DNA of 64,000 nt, taken from contig OZ076413.1 of the NCBI GenBank assembly GCA_964187785.1, positions 44,146,001 through 44,210,000 on the forward strand, written 5' to 3'. The notes beneath the pieces are model-generated. The model was not told where the DNA came from, did no database searches, and worked only from the letters and a program-made list of their open reading frames with translations. Every line of letters begins with the position of its first letter. Position 1 is the first letter of the stretch. This DNA comes from Amphiscolops sp. MND2022. Lineage: Eukaryota. This document shows positions 1-14,594 of the stretch, one piece after another. The position numbers and the translations under genes are program-made.

Positions 1-1330
1 GAACTAATTACTCCTTTGGAAGAGAAACCTCATTATGAATGTTAGATGTCACTTATTAGCTTAGTTGGTTGAACATTTCGAAAATTTCTCCTAGTTACAT
101 CAAACCTACATATATTTTTTAATTAGAAGTTATTACAGAATTCGAGGAAAAATTTATTTCGTAATTTCTGAGATAAATGGAAAACTTAGTAATTTTTGAG
201 CTTCTGTAGAGTTTCCAAATTATTTCGAATCTTGATGTATTTCGGAGTGACACAGTTGTTTTAACACAGCAGATTTTAACTGCAGTTTTTAACACGGCAG
301 TTTTTTCGAGACAGTTTTTAGCATTAAATTTCGGTTTCTTCCTTGTTGATCACTTAATTTGTGGAGAGCTTTCGTTGGCGCCAAACGATAATTGAGAGAC
401 AAAATGTGATTGACAAAAAAGTCTAGACTTGTTGAGAAAAAACGGAACGAAAATTAGCTGAAGATTAAATTAGTGCACCCTTGTATGGCTTTGGATAGAT
501 GTTTATTTTGTTTTAGTATTTTCTTTTTCTTTTTGAACGTCTAAATGTGTATATTTTTCTTCAGGAACAATGATCAATGGAGTACATACTTGCTATGCAA
601 AAATATGACACCAAGAATGTTAATATTTTAAGTTTTTTGTACGAAGTATAGCACAAAAGTTAACCCAAATTAAGATAGAAATGCTGTAAAACAGCTTACC
701 AGTTTTTTAAATTCTGAACCATTTTGCCAGCAGCCCATATTCCTTACCACAGTTTACATTTCACAATTTGTTGATACCTTGTTTGGTTTGAACGGTGCAA
801 CGGTTAGAAAAGGTGGATTTTTCTCCTGCGTTGAAAAAATCTGTTTTTTTTTAATGAAAATGGTTAGAAACTCCCCTTTTACAAAATCCATTTTTTTAAA
901 CGTCCTTGACGTATACAGAACGGCAACCATATACCCTAATACGGCAAAGTCTTGTGCATTAAAATCACTTAAAATTTTGTTGTTACTACAAGCCTCCGCG
1001 CAGCTTGTGTTGCTACAAGCTCACTAACCCAAAATGAAAGCCTAATATCGGACATTTCAAACGCAATATATCATTCAATTTCTGGTAAGCGTAGTTGTAG
1101 AAATATCAATCATCGAAAATTTTGAACCAAATTTCCCAGGTCCATTGGGGTTAATACATGTAAATATTTTTAAAAACTCAAACTTGAAAATCGTTATCTG
1201 ACAGTAAAATGGTTTTTAGTTATGGTAACTAGTTTCCTTATAAGGAAATATTGTATGGTTCGCAGGACAGGTGTTTTATACCCTGGATACGAACAACATG
1301 TCTGGTGGGTGAAAATAAACCCTGTCTTAC

Positions 1331-1637
1331 TTGGGTGATGGGCGACTCTTCCTGCAGGATGTACTTCTTGGCGTTGGTGGCTGGGTATAAGGCAAAAGAG
1401 TAGAGATATGTGGGGGAAGCAGGCAGAGTCCTGAATGCCCACACCTTCCTCTGGCTGCTGCTCATGTCTCTGGCCCCGTCCAGGGCAGCGCTCTCGTCCA
1501 GGGGCATGTTGGAGATGACACTCAATGACTCATCACACACCACCTTGACCTTGAACGAGGCACGGAACGCGGGTTCGTCGAAACAGGGGAACACTCGTCT
1601 AGCGTAGGCTGGGTACGGATTGAAGACTATCACTGAC
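1331..1637 (-). CDS. M1 aminopeptidase-like gene, exon 5
   Basis: Acceptor ttgttttAG, phase 2 (CA+G = Gln). Encodes ARRVFPCFDEPAFRASF, ISNMP and PTYLYSF motifs. Donor CAA|GTAAGA. Confidence 0.93.
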
Positions 1638-4600
1638 CTAAAACAAGTAGCCAGCGATCAGTTTCATCTAACTCAGTAATTTTGGGAAATGACATAGTAT
1701 TGTTAAGCGGTTATAGAACCAAAGCCGTTTTTGGCTCTGGTTATTACGATTTTTAATGGCTATTTTTGGATGTTACTTTTATCTAGATAGCATTATGAAG
1801 TAGAATGTTTGTATTGAAAGATCGTATTTATAAAATATGAATATTGAAATAATTTAACGAATTCGAGTCAATGAAACATATTTCAATTTCAGGATGTTTA
1901 ACAGAGCCTCTTTGCTAAAATTCAAAACGGTTCCTCAAGAGCAGCTAAACATTTTCTAAAAGCCGAAAACGATAAAGCAAAAGTAAGCACAGAAAAAACT
2001 AATTGCTTTTCTCGCAAAATTTTGTTACCTACTCTTCGCATGAAATAGCATGATAGCCACATTTGAATACTTGAAAATCGATGCGAACCTTTGATTCGCG
2101 CGAAGATAAAGAAAACAATGCCTGGAAATTTCCATAACATCAATCAGGATTCGCGGAGTCTTGGTGGCGAAGATAGAAAACAATCTGAAAACTGGGAATC
2201 AATAATGCAAACAACGGACAATGCCTGACACATTTGTATCCCTGATTCTTCCATAAAACTCTAGGCAAAAAAATCCGAGAAAAATGAATTCCTCTGGAGT
2301 TTTCGCAGACTGTGATCGCAGACTGTCACATTTTGTGGAATTTTGTAAAAATCGATCAAAACAAACAAAATTTCACAGAAAAGTATTGAAAGCAAACAAA
2401 AAATAATAACGATTGTTTTAAGGAAACCAAAGATTCATTTTATCTAAAAGACTTATGGCGTAACCCAATTTGACTGACAAGTGGATTGACTGAAAGAGAA
2501 AAACATTGAAATAGAAAGAAAGAAATGCTTTTAGGTGCTATTTCAATTCGTGAATTCTATACCAAGAGTAGTTTAAAAACGGTGTCCTTCGGAATTCGTT
2601 TTGGTTGAAAAAAATTGTAGCTGTCATGGTTGGAAGATCCCGGCCGTAAAAAAATGACTGAATAGTTTGGAATTTTCTACATAGAATGTATTTAAAAAAA
2701 CAAAAATAAAAACTCTGTTCAAAACTTGAGAAACTTTTGCATAGGTAAATTTGTGTAAGAACTATTGCGCTCTGAAATTTTTCGCAAGCGAAATCAAACT
2801 TCTTCATCTTTGCAGCCCTTGAGTATGTGATGAAATTGAAAAATTTGATATATTCAGTATACTTTTTATTTCATGATCATTTTTTATTCCATGCATTGTA
2901 CATTGATTCCTAACAGATCTATTCAGACGTATGATCTATATCGGAATCAATTATTTCGAAATTGACGTAGTGCTGTATTATCCCACATAGTAAAATTCAT
3001 TTTCATATCACTCCTACAATTGATGAATTCCTGGCATGCTTCTATCATGAAATTCGAACTTCAATTATACTAATTTATGCAACGAGTGATCAATGTGCTG
3101 GAAAGACCAGGGATCTCATATTGGCTTACAAATTATTTTTCCGTGAAACTTGGCTGATACATGTAATTTTCGCAATATCTCCTACAAAGGATAACAAAGG
3201 AACAAAAACAAGAGATACTTCTTTTGATGCTCTAAATGGGAAAATGACTCATAAAACATGAAACATCTCTTGAACAATTCAAAAACTCAGCGCAGCTCCA
3301 AGTCGCCACTTTCTGTCTGAGACAAAAAGCACCATGAAATAACCCACCCGTGAAATAATGTTTATCTTTGCAGAAAAATCACGCGCCGAAAACAAAAAAA
3401 AAACGTTTTCTCAGTGATTTCACTCATAAAACGTTTATGCAAATGCGTTCGAGGGAAAATTGGAAGAAAAAGGATTTAATTGACCCTAATTGACCGGAAA
3501 AATGCAATTTTTTGTTAACATGTCGCCTAGCTGTGATCTACCTTTTTCAATTTTTGCAAGTCCTTTTCGACGAATTTGCGAAAAAATGCGCTTTAAATGT
3601 ATCGGGGTTTTTTTGTGCATCAGTTCCTTACATTTTACAAAATGCATTTTCGACCTTTCCTCATTTCAAAAACAGGGACGGGCTTTGATGAACGAATTCC
3701 GTTCAATTTTGGAAGACTTCAAAAAAATTTGACCACATTGACATAATTTCAGTACAACGAATTTCCGAGAAAAATTCATTCATTTTTTGAAGTTCGCTTC
3801 TTTGAAATTGAAATTTTATGTTTAACTTTTCAAGAGATTGTTCGCACGTTCGTTCTGTTATCATTTCTGTAAACTGCTTGGAAGTTTTTCAAAGTGCATT
3901 GATATGCTTCCAGCTTTTCATAAACTACGTGGAAGTTCTACAAAATTTTTGCATGCAGTGTCCCTGAATTTTCCATGCTTTTGAAAAAATTAGCTTGCAT
4001 GCATGAATAGCTTTGCAGCGTGGAAAGTTTTATGGCAGATTTGACTAGATGATGCAAAAACAACAATTTCACGATTGTCAATGATAGAGCTAGTTTGTAA
4101 ACAGTTATAAGTATTGCTTTTTGTCATGAATAACGTTCAGCTTGGAGATTAAGTTGTTCAATCCCTTTTCTTTATCTTTCAATTTTTGATAACTTGCCTG
4201 CTCATGATATCAATGACCACTTCTAAGCAGTCGCCTCAAATTTCAACAGAAAAAACCAACAAAAATCGGTTCAATTCGATTTTTCCCTCCTCCTACCACT
4301 ACTTTACTATTATTACAAGATGCAAAAACCTTGAATGTAAGACATTTTGAGCCTCAAATGCCTTATTTTTCTTAGAACTAAAAAAATGCGAATTGTTCAA
4401 GGTTGGAAATTTAGCGTCTGAAGTAGGAAAAGAACAACCTCTGCAAATGCACAAAAGCTTTTTGAAAAATGTGTCGGAAACTGCGGTATATGAACAACAT
4501 TGTTTTCATATTATGAAGAGCATTGAAGATAACGTAAATTGAAAGCTGAAAAATCTATATTTTGTTTGCGTACCTAAATCAAGCTGAAATCAAGCGCTTT

Positions 4601-5187
4601 TTCCTTGAAAATTTTTAAACAGACTTCGGTTGAATAGTTAAGTGCTCATGTACTCAGTTTCAACAAAAACGTTTCTCACTCTTTCAAAATCAACATGAAG
4701 GGAAGGTTTGAAAAGTTTCACAACTTGAAGAAAACGCAGTACAAACTCGTATGAACATATATTTTGTCATGAATTTAATCATACTTTCAAAATTTGTAGA
4801 GATGTTAAGGTGTTTTATTCGTGAACAAAACACAAGAAAAAAAACTTGAATAAAACAATTTTGAAAAAAACATTGTTTCCCATGTGGAAAAAACATCAAA
4901 ATACAAAAAAGTAGATTTCGGACAAGAATGTGTTCAAAACAGTTTTAGTGAAAAAAACTATTATTAACAGCCCTGTATCCTTTTATGTTTATGAGTTGGT
5001 CCAAAACTATAGTCAAAACTTGATCTGAAACTTTAGTTGGATTTGTAGCAATCATTGATATTTTTTGTTTTTTTTTTAACGTGTGAAATGTTTCTGTCAT
5101 TGTTACTTTTTGCCTATCAGTCACTCCGGCACGTCACGCACGTCATATACTTTCGTTCGTTCATTGCAATATTTCCCTTTAAAAATA

Positions 5188-5673
5188 AACAAGACTGAAA
5201 CGTCTAAAGTCGGCGCTATATCTAAAGCTCAAAAAGCGCAGATATGCGTTTAAATTTGCGTAGAACGTTTTCATGAAAAACTCATGTTTTTGGACCTCCG
5301 CCTCCTCCTTACAAAAACCCAATATAGTTCCGATATAACGTCAAAAGTTCGTATATAGCGCTTAACTCCGGATATCACGAAGGGGACTTCAATAAAATCG
5401 AAGGGGGACCCTTTGAAGATGAAAAAAATCGAAAAAAAAATCTCAGCGCCGAAAAAAATTGAAAGAAGGGAACCTTTAGTCTCATCCGGTTTTGTATGTT
5501 TAAAAAGTAAAAACTGAAAGGGGGACTCTTTGCAATAACTTGGATGCGTTTCCCGCGTATTCGTTTAGTTGAACAAATTGAACAAAAATTTCGTCGCCTA
5601 GAGTCTGTCCTTTGAAAAAGAAAGAAAAAGTGACTCTGATAGTCGGGCTCTTTTATTAAGCGCCGACTAAAAA
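5188..5673 (-). mobile_element. Helentron/DINE-1-like non-autonomous element, copy A
   Basis: Subterminal inverted AGTCGGCGC/GCGCCGACT, a partial inverted copy beside the 5' one, a short 3' hairpin ending CTTGTT, T-rich flanks, no TSD. Confidence 0.65.
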
Positions 5674-6449
5674 TAAAGAGAAGAATATCCCTAGAGGCGA
5701 AAAACGTCTGAAATAATTCAACTTCCTATCACATGAAGTTTATTTTCACAGCAGCTAACGATTTTTTTCGGTAAATATCTTCTCAAAACGCCGCAACTAA
5801 CCGATGGAAATTCAAATAAAAAAGGTGTAATGAACTCACTGAAAATCTCAATGAAAAGGAATCGATTTTATAAAAGCGTCAGCATTAGCATCAGCGCAGT
5901 GGATGTGCAAAGTTTTCGTAAGCTCTTACAAGACACCTTTATGTAAGTATTCCCTTTGTCTTTGGGAAAATCCAAAATTTCTGGAAAATTATCAATAAGT
6001 CGATATTGAAAAGAAGAAGTTTTCCTCTATGTGTACGTGGACTCGAGTATCGCACAAAATCAAAGCTTTTTACGCTTTCAAAAATAAAAGGAAAGACCAA
6101 GGTCCCATTGAAGTTTTTTTTCGAAACAAAGATTTTTTCTAAATATCGGAAATCGAAAGGAGTCTTTGATTTTAAATGGGAAGAAAGCGTTTTGCGAAGA
6201 GCATAGAGGGCCCCGGATTTTAGGGATTTAGGGTTTTTCGGCATTGTATGACTTACCTGAGGAACGTTTTTTGAAATTGATCTTCACACAATTTTTGGTA
6301 GTTCGAAGTTTTTTGTTTCTTTTCTTTTGGTTATCTGTTTGATTATTATTTTCCGTCAATTTTTCATATGGAAAAGGAAAATAATTAAATCAAAAGGTTT
6401 TTTTGCAAAATTTGCCAAGAAGTAAATTATATCCTAGCTAAAGGGTTTC

Positions 6450-8350
6450 ACCCAAAGAATTCAACTGATGTAAAACTAGTATCATGCGGTATGTATTTGT
6501 CGAGATTTTTGGACTTTTTCAATTGACCCCAAAGACCCCAGAACGACCCAAAAATGATACCAAAAATAGTAAAAACTGCAAAATTTTCCAATTATATGCA
6601 ATTTTCGTCAAATTGTCGATAAATTTCCTGTTTTTGAATGTTGAAAACCATCCAAAGAGAAAAAAATTGTCATCCAAGAGGCATTTTCAAAGAAATAAAT
6701 GCAATTTTTATTGAAAAAATGCCTCAAATTTAGACCCAAATTGACAAAAATACTCGAAAATTCAGATTTTCGAAAATTTTACGCAATTGTTGTCTATTTT
6801 TTGAAAAACTTGGTGTCTTAGAATGTCAAAGACGTTGAACAAGGAAAAGATTTGTTGTTCGGGAAGCTTCCGCGAAGAGATAAAAGCAATTGGTGTTGAA
6901 AAATTGCATCAAATTCAGACCGAAATTGACAAAAATTCAAAAAAAAATCAAATTTTGAAAACTTTATGCAGTTTTTGTGTACTTTTCGAAAAACTTGGTG
7001 GCTCAGAATGTTGAAGACGTTCAGTAGGGAACAAAGAAGGCTTTTTTAAGGAAACAAACGAAGTTTTGTAATGAAAAAAACGCACAATTTGCGACCAAAA
7101 ATGACAATATCTTCAAAATGTACCAATTTTCACGTTTTCTTGCAACTTTTGTCAAATTTCTAAAGATTTCATGGATCAGAACGTTGAATACCTTCAACCA
7201 CGAATGATTTCGTTGTCCAATAGGGTTGTTTGAGGAGATAAATGCAGTTTTGTAAAAAATAATTGCCACATGGACCACGATATAGATAAAAAAAATCTTA
7301 CTTTTTTTACATTTTTGTATTTTACAACTTAAATTTCGTAAACGCTTCAACCTTTTCATGGATTAGAATTCTGAAACGATTCAACAACAACTGAAGGCGT
7401 TGTCCGGTGGGCTTTTTCATGAGATAAGTGCCAGTTTCTGGTAACAAACGTGCTTCAATTTGACTCAAAAATTGTCGAAAACTACAAAATTTCCAGTTTA
7501 TTTGGGTTTTTCATGTTATTTGGGTACAATTTTTAAGAAATTGTTGAGTTAGATGGTTCAAAACAATCAAAGGTGATAGAATCAGGTATGTAGTTTTCTT
7601 CTTGATGAGACAATTACAGTGCTTTATATCAGAAATACTTCAAATTTGTAGTTTTTCCTGCAGTTTGTGTTCAAATTTTAAAAATTTTGTGACTAGGAAT
7701 GTTCAAAAGACTCCAAAACAAAAAAACTAGCTGTGCAGTATGCTATTTTGAAGAGAGAGGTGCAGTATTTTGGTTCAAAAGTACTTCAAAAGTGACCCTG
7801 ATGAGTCGGAAATTAAAAGCCTAAATTCAACGTTTCTTATGCAAAGTTCTGAATTTTTTGAGAAGTTTCCATCGTTGGAAGACAGAAAACCCTCAACAGC
7901 GAACAAATGCGTTATTCAGTAGGTTTTTCGAAGGTGAATTGCAGTTTCACGTCAGAAAAGAGTTTCAAAATGACCCTAAAAGAGTCGGAAAAAGAAAACA
8001 AGTATTGGCAGTTGTTCGACAAATTAGTGAATTTCTATTGAAAGTTACCAAAACTTCCTAATAGTCCAGAAGTCTAACCTTTTGGAGTAGGCATGCAGAA
8101 TTTTTAAAAAAGAAATCTACAATTGTGTATGCAAAAAGAACGTCAGAACAACTTGAAATTTAGTGAAAATCATTTTTTTGATATTGAACTGTTGATATAC
8201 TTTTTTGTATACGTTTCGAGCAATTTCGGTATTCAAGAACGACTGGACCCGTTATCCAATAGGCGTTTTTAAAAAGACATCTACAGTTTCTTATAAAAGT
8301 TCCTCAAATGACCGCAAAGTTGCCGAAAAAGCAAAATTGTAGAAATTTTG
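6450..8350 (+). repeat. Degenerate ~185-bp tandem repeat
   Basis: Anchor GAATGTTGAAGACG-like motif recurs near 6636, 6821, 7007, 7179, 7366, 7552 and 7697. Boundaries are approximate. Confidence 0.6.
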
Positions 8351-10169
8351 ATGTTTTTGGCGACTTCGCGCAAGTTTAAAGAAAAATCAATTGGTTAGGT
8401 TTTGGAATACACACAATCTGACGAAAAATCAAATAGGTGTGTGGTGTCTTCTTGAAGTGTTCCCTTCTGAAATGGCATAACATTATTCAAAAAGTGACAA
8501 ACCTTTTTTCATCGAACCTCGATGCATTTTCATAGTGCAATAGCTACTCTTGAGCCTCTAAAATATGTCATTGCTGGAACAGTTGGGACGGAAAATATCC
8601 TGCTGGTCAGCGGGCGTCTTGTTTTTTTGGTCATGTGAGACTGATGAGAGTTTTCTTAAAAAGTGTGGAAAAGACTAACGGTTTTGCTATCGTGTGCGAC
8701 TTTTTACGATAATTTTTCTTTTTGCTAGAAGTTCGCTATTTCAGTTTTTTGATGTTTTCATTTTAAGAAAAGTGTCTCGCGAGATGCAAAGGGTCACACA
8801 TTTGCTTGATTTCGTTACTGTTCCATTTTGTTCGAAAAAATTGCAATGTCAGGCTTTTGAGATATTTCCATTTTTTACAGTGAAATGTCCCCCCTTAGGA
8901 CACTTTCTGTTGTAACAGTGTACGAAAAATGTCACAGTGCCACAGTGCCTTTTGATAATTCATCGAAACACCTGGTCCAATGCTTCATGCAATATTTAGG
9001 AGAGTAGTGAAATAATGAATGCATGAGCCGGGATGTTTCCGACAAAATCATCACAACAACTGTTTTCGACACCTAACCTACCAATGTTTTATGAACTTTT
9101 CTAGTAGCTATTTTCCCTCTTTTAGTTTAAGTTGCATAGCTTAATGTTAATTTCCCTCTTATGACGAAGTTTTATAACCTTCAAAGGCAAAAAAACTGGC
9201 TAAGAACTAAGTCACTGCAGTCCTTGAACGAACTTTTGAATAAAAAAGAAAAAAGTAATCAAATATCAGAAGTGAAAGAATTTCAAGTGCTGAAGAAAAT
9301 TGAGGATTATAAGAAGAGATCATTCGACATTCGAACTGACAGTAGTCACGTAGTGTTTGGAAAATTTTGGAATTTGTTCTTTTATGCAGATTTAATTACT
9401 CAGTGAGAAGGAGGTCAGTTTAGGAAGATTAGTAAAAACAGGCAGTAGTGTCGTGAATGTGAAATCAAGTTTCGTGGCATTAAAAAAGTGAATTCTTACG
9501 AGTCGGGCTCTTTGGGAATTTCGTTGGCTTTCAACCTGAAAGAGATTGAACTGAAAAATAATAGTATGCTATGCTCAACTTCTGAAAAAAGAATGTTACA
9601 AGAAGCATCTTCTGTTGGTTCCCATGAAACATGCTTTTTGCAAGATGTATAATAAATAGATATCATTCATTTAATGCATACAGGGCTAAACAAATTGTGT
9701 GTCTAGTTTCGATAAAAGATGGCTACTTTTGACGAAATGTGAAACTTGATAAATCTTAAGTTAATGTAGTACGTAAAGCGTCTTAGCGCTAAACGGGTGT
9801 TTTATTATTGTGAAAAGTGTCTATTTTCGCATGGATATTCTCAAAACATCAATGATCAACCTGGGAACGAAAATAAGGTTAGATGAAAATATTTTTTTAT
9901 CTAATTGTCTTGGAAAGAAAAAGGGAAACGCTATCAGTGCTAGAGCACGCAACGAATCCAGCAATCAATTTTATTTTTCACAATCAATTTTGTTCATGAT
10001 GAACATTGAAATTGTCATAGCTGGATCGGTGATTGAAAAGTTTTTTGGTCATTAAATTGTATTGAAAAGTGAGCATATGTGAATGTTCAGAACCAACTAA
10101 TTTCCCAACTGATCATAAAAACCACTCACCAGGTCTGTGGTGTGAAAGGTACAAATACATTATACTAAC

Positions 10170-10444
10170 TGAGGCAGATCTTGGTTGGTGTAAACTATGG
10201 TGCTGTAGAGTCCCACTTTGTGAGTAGTATCCAGCACCCCCTCAAAGTCAAGAGTGACGACGTATTCCTCATTCACAGTCAGCTGCTTGGCCATGACTAG
10301 AACTATCTTCTCTGCCCGTCCTTCCCCCACTCTGGTTCCAGGGGTACCTCCCTCGTTGCCACCTTGTACCCTGGATAGCGATTCGATGGCTATTTTGTGA
10401 TTGGAGGACGAGAAGAGACTCCGCGGCTGGCTCCGAATCGTCAA
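10170..10444 (-). CDS. M1 aminopeptidase-like gene, exon 4
   Basis: Acceptor ttttcgtttcAG, phase 0. QLTVNEEYVVTLDFEGVLDTTHKVGLYSTIVY matches the M1 Y-x-L-x-I-x-F-x-G-x-L...G-x-Y segment. Donor CA|GTTAGT (phase 2). Confidence 0.88.
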
Positions 10445-13174
10445 CTGAAACGAAAAGCAAACTAAGTTTTTTTTTCAACATTTTACCGAGGGCTAACAAA
10501 TTTTCATTCCAAGTCTATTGAAGGGGGTCAAACTGGGAATGATTCAATGTATACTTTACAGAAAACTAGCCCTGATTTAATCTCAAAATTAGCAAAGTCA
10601 TTGAAATTCTCAAAAGCCATGTTTAAAAGAGGAATCATTTGGTCTCTTCTTGTTTAAAAAGCTGAAATACTCGGATAGCCCAGTGACCCTCTGCATATGT
10701 TTACATTTTGGACGGAAGTTAGTGGAAAAAAATGTTAAGAAAAATGTGGAGTATTCAGGGTGATGTCTGTCATCTGGCGAAAACCCAGAACCATTCACTG
10801 CAAGATTCGTGCACTTTATTAAGCCAAAGCGCGCCGACTGAAAAGATTTTGAATATTAATCTCCTTACTCTTACAAAAGCGCCAACCAAATGAGTGTTCA
10901 CTTAAGTTCAATTGCTTAAAAACTAGTTGTTCAATTGAAAAGCCAATAAACTACCATAGAACCTTTGTAAGTCAAAGATCTGGCACTCTCAGGAAGTTTT
11001 GCCAAATTTTGGCTGTAATTTGTTGAATCCTCATATGAAATAAACGCAATAAACAAGAAAAGTTCCCAGCCTATGACAAGCTTCAAACTCACAACCTGAT
11101 CTCTGGTATTCCGTGGTACTAGCGCTCTGAACCAAATGTCAAACTAAACTCTGCGCCTACTAAAATAACTAATCAGCCAAAACAAGCATAGTTGAAACTA
11201 ACTTTCAAGTTTTGTAGAATTTTGAAACTGATGTTTTTTCAGCTCTCAAATCCGTGATTTTCAAATCGTTTCATGACATCGTTGATTCGTACTCTATTTT
11301 GCTTTTTTATAGTAACAGCTTGCATCCCCCTTTAAACGTGGTGATCCTATAGTGCCGTGAAAACACTGGGGTGAGAATTATTTTTAATATCCTTGTTTAT
11401 TAGCCTCTACGGATCTGATCTAAAGATTACATGTATTTTAGGGTCTTTCTACTGTTGAGCAAGCCCTTAGGTGCAAAATTATGAAACCTTAGCAGCCATA
11501 TGAAAATTTGATCACAAGGAAAGTATACTTCATCTGTCTTGCGAAACCGGTTTCTATTTTATTGTCGTTTTGATGATAAATTTCACCTTGAAACATGAGT
11601 GAATTGAATACTGAAAAGCATGAAAATTTTCCCACCCCGAAATTATCACAATAACAGCGACGATTTTTGCCTCCTTTTTAGGTTACATCATGATGCTACT
11701 TTTCATTATTACATAACCCTGATTGCATAACATGTCACGCAACCGGCTTCGTGAACAAATGAGTGAGATTAGCGAATATATTTCCTGACGCAGGGAAGTG
11801 CATGAAAAGGGAAGCAGGCAATAAAAAAGGCAGAATTGTAGGAGCTAATCAATCAGTCAAGTGTCAAAAGTGACATGTTCTTTGGTTGCATAAAAAACCC
11901 CCGGCGGTGGTTACTACAAGTTCTTAACCAGTTCATAAACCAGCTCTTTACTAGTCTGGCTGAACAACGGGGAACCGGCATTACCCAACACGGAGCCGTG
12001 ACTGGTACATGTAATACTGGCTAGTTTTATAACAGCACTCCATTTAATTAAGTCTATGCAAATTTTTGACCCAACTTTTGACGAGTTTTTATTTTTCTTT
12101 GAGCAAACTAAAAAAGTGACGATTCATATATCAGAAAGTAGCGATTTGCATATTTGATCAGCTGTTTAAATCGAGTTTGTTTTGTTGCCAGCGGTCTGAA
12201 GATCATAGAAAAGTATTGAGAATGACCAGTTTTGAGCTTCGATAAACCTAAATTTATCATCTTACTCTCAACATTTTCATCGCGAAACATTAAAAGATTT
12301 TAACTACTAATTTTAAGAGATGTTGTCTTTGAAGCTTACAAGTAAAAATGGATGCAGCCCGGATACTTTTCATCACCAACGACCGAACAGCCTCCCCCTC
12401 TGCCCCTCAGCTACAATTCCAGAAAATTGTCTACCTTTTACTTTAATGAATAAGATTGGAGCTTGAAAGCATTTAAAGTATGACTCACGAGTGAAGTTGA
12501 AAATCTTGAGTTTTTGAAGTTAGTTTGCGATGATACACAAAATATTTAAAAGTTATTCCGGATTTACGAAGATAAAATTCAAGTTGGAGGTTTGATTTTT
12601 CAATAAAGCAACATAAAAAGTCAGCAATTGATGAAATGTGAGCGAATTAAAAACTGATTTTAAAAAGCAACACTTTGCAAAAACTGAATTTAAGCCCACT
12701 GGATTAATTACAGTTTGAAATATTCTCAATAGTTCTTAAAACAAATGTTTCTATTTATTTCGGTAATGTACCTGAAATTCACATATTAAACTACTCATTT
12801 AGCATTAGTATTCAAGATTTCCACAAAATATCATAGGCATGTGAGGAATAAAAACGTTCCGCATTAACGATAGCTTTTGACGAAATAACTTGATCATAAC
12901 TTGTGATCAATGAGGTTATTTTGATCCCCTTTAACAAATCTATATAACAATGGTTCCAAAAGAAATTAATCTAGAATACATATCTGTATATAAAAATGTA
13001 TCAACAAAAATAGGAACAATTATAGTTTGTGGGTCAATAGTCGTTTTCCAGTTTGATTGGCACTTGGTGAACCGAATATATTCGGGCACGGGATTTCACC
13101 GTATAACATTCCCCACTTCTGGGCTTCTCCTTTACAGTTTCGATGTTCCGGGCATCGGGCTCATCTCGCTCAAA

Positions 13175-13657
13175 CTACTAACTGGCATCACTGAAAACTT
13201 GATTACAACTCTCGAAAAACAGTTGAATTGGGGCATCAAAGCCTGTTTCAATAGATCTAAGTTTGACCATTCAACGAATCTCAAAATACGACATAAAATC
13301 CTCCCTGCCCGATATTTTTTAGATTATAAAGGCCTTTCATACCTTTGGAAATAAAAAAATAACTTGATTCCAGCTTTTAATAACAAGCTACAGTTGCCGA
13401 CTGCAAAGATAATGATACATAAGAGAACACAAACTGAATACTCAGATATGACAATAAGATCTGAATTTCCTGGCAACTGTTTCTTTAAACGAACACTACC
13501 CTTGTGGAACACTCTACCGAGAAATATGACAAAGGAGAAAATCTCATACGAAACCATGAAAAAAAGAATCAAATCTTTTCTTTTCAAAAGATACGAAAAT
13601 GATCTAGAACGACCACAATATGGAATAAAATGTTGGAGTGTTTACCGTTTTACATAA
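13175..13657 (+). pseudogene. 5'-truncated LINE ORF2 C-terminal fragment (CR1/L2/Jockey-group-like)
   Basis: One frame with a single stop at 13352: LEKQLNWGIKACF...FFKRTLPLWNTLP...MKKRIKSFL, the typical post-RT WNxLP motif. Confidence 0.7.
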
Positions 13658-14594
13658 TTTGTCCCCATAATCACCCCCTTTTACATACCTTCAATTACGC
13701 TTTTTAACACTTATATTGTATATATACACTGCCTCTTGTAATGGAACGGCATTTTTTATACCATTTAAAGTTGGAAATACAGTGTTTTTTTAACTGCATG
13801 CAAAACATTATCCCAAGAGCAAAATATTGAAAATTCGAAATGCGGTTGTCGTACAATTTAGCAAGATGTTTCCACCAGTTTTTTGAACGTCAGTGGTGGT
13901 AAGTACTTTGAATGTTGTTGCATGGGAGAAGATTATGCTGTGTTTGTTTGTGAGTTTTTTTATTACATCTACTTGATGGTCCTAGAATTACATGAAAAAA
14001 TCAATGGATCTTCTGGAGCCAAAATATCCGCATTGAAAAGTCAATAACAGTTCAGATTTCAATGATTGTCACACGACCAAAATTGATGTACGAAATACAC
14101 TTAATGATGGTTCTCACCGCAATTGCTTTTTTGTGTACTCAACCCTCGTTTTCTTTCGCAACAGCACCTGCTTTCGAACAACCTACCCGAAGGATTAGCT
14201 CAAAAAACAACAACTCCGAATGTTATACCAAGCGTAAGGTGCGAAGGACTACTACAGTATGTTAGCAAAAAGTTTCGCAGTACTAGAGAGTTCACTTAAC
14301 ATGAAAATATGCAACAAAACTAAAATAGAACGCGGAAATGAAAAAAAGATGTTGTATTTCCGCTTGGTAAGTTAAAAAGACGAATTGCAATACTAAAGTT
14401 TCTCTTGTGCCAAACTGTATTTTATTTCAAATCTATGCAACGATGGTTCCAAAAGAAAATAATCTAGAATACATATGTGTATATAAAAATGTATCAACAA
14501 AAATAGGAACAATTATAGTTTGTTGATCAATAGTCGTTTTTCAGTTTGATTGGCACTTGGTGAACCGAATAAAATCGTACACGGTATTTCACCG

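Noticed and set aside
690..770. Next aminopeptidase exon near minus-strand GTAAG donors
   Set aside because: No acceptor or M1-like translation found.
10124..10130. Strong G|GTGAGT donor for exon 4
   Set aside because: An in-frame TAA at 10160 precedes it; the donor at 10169 gives the correct phase.
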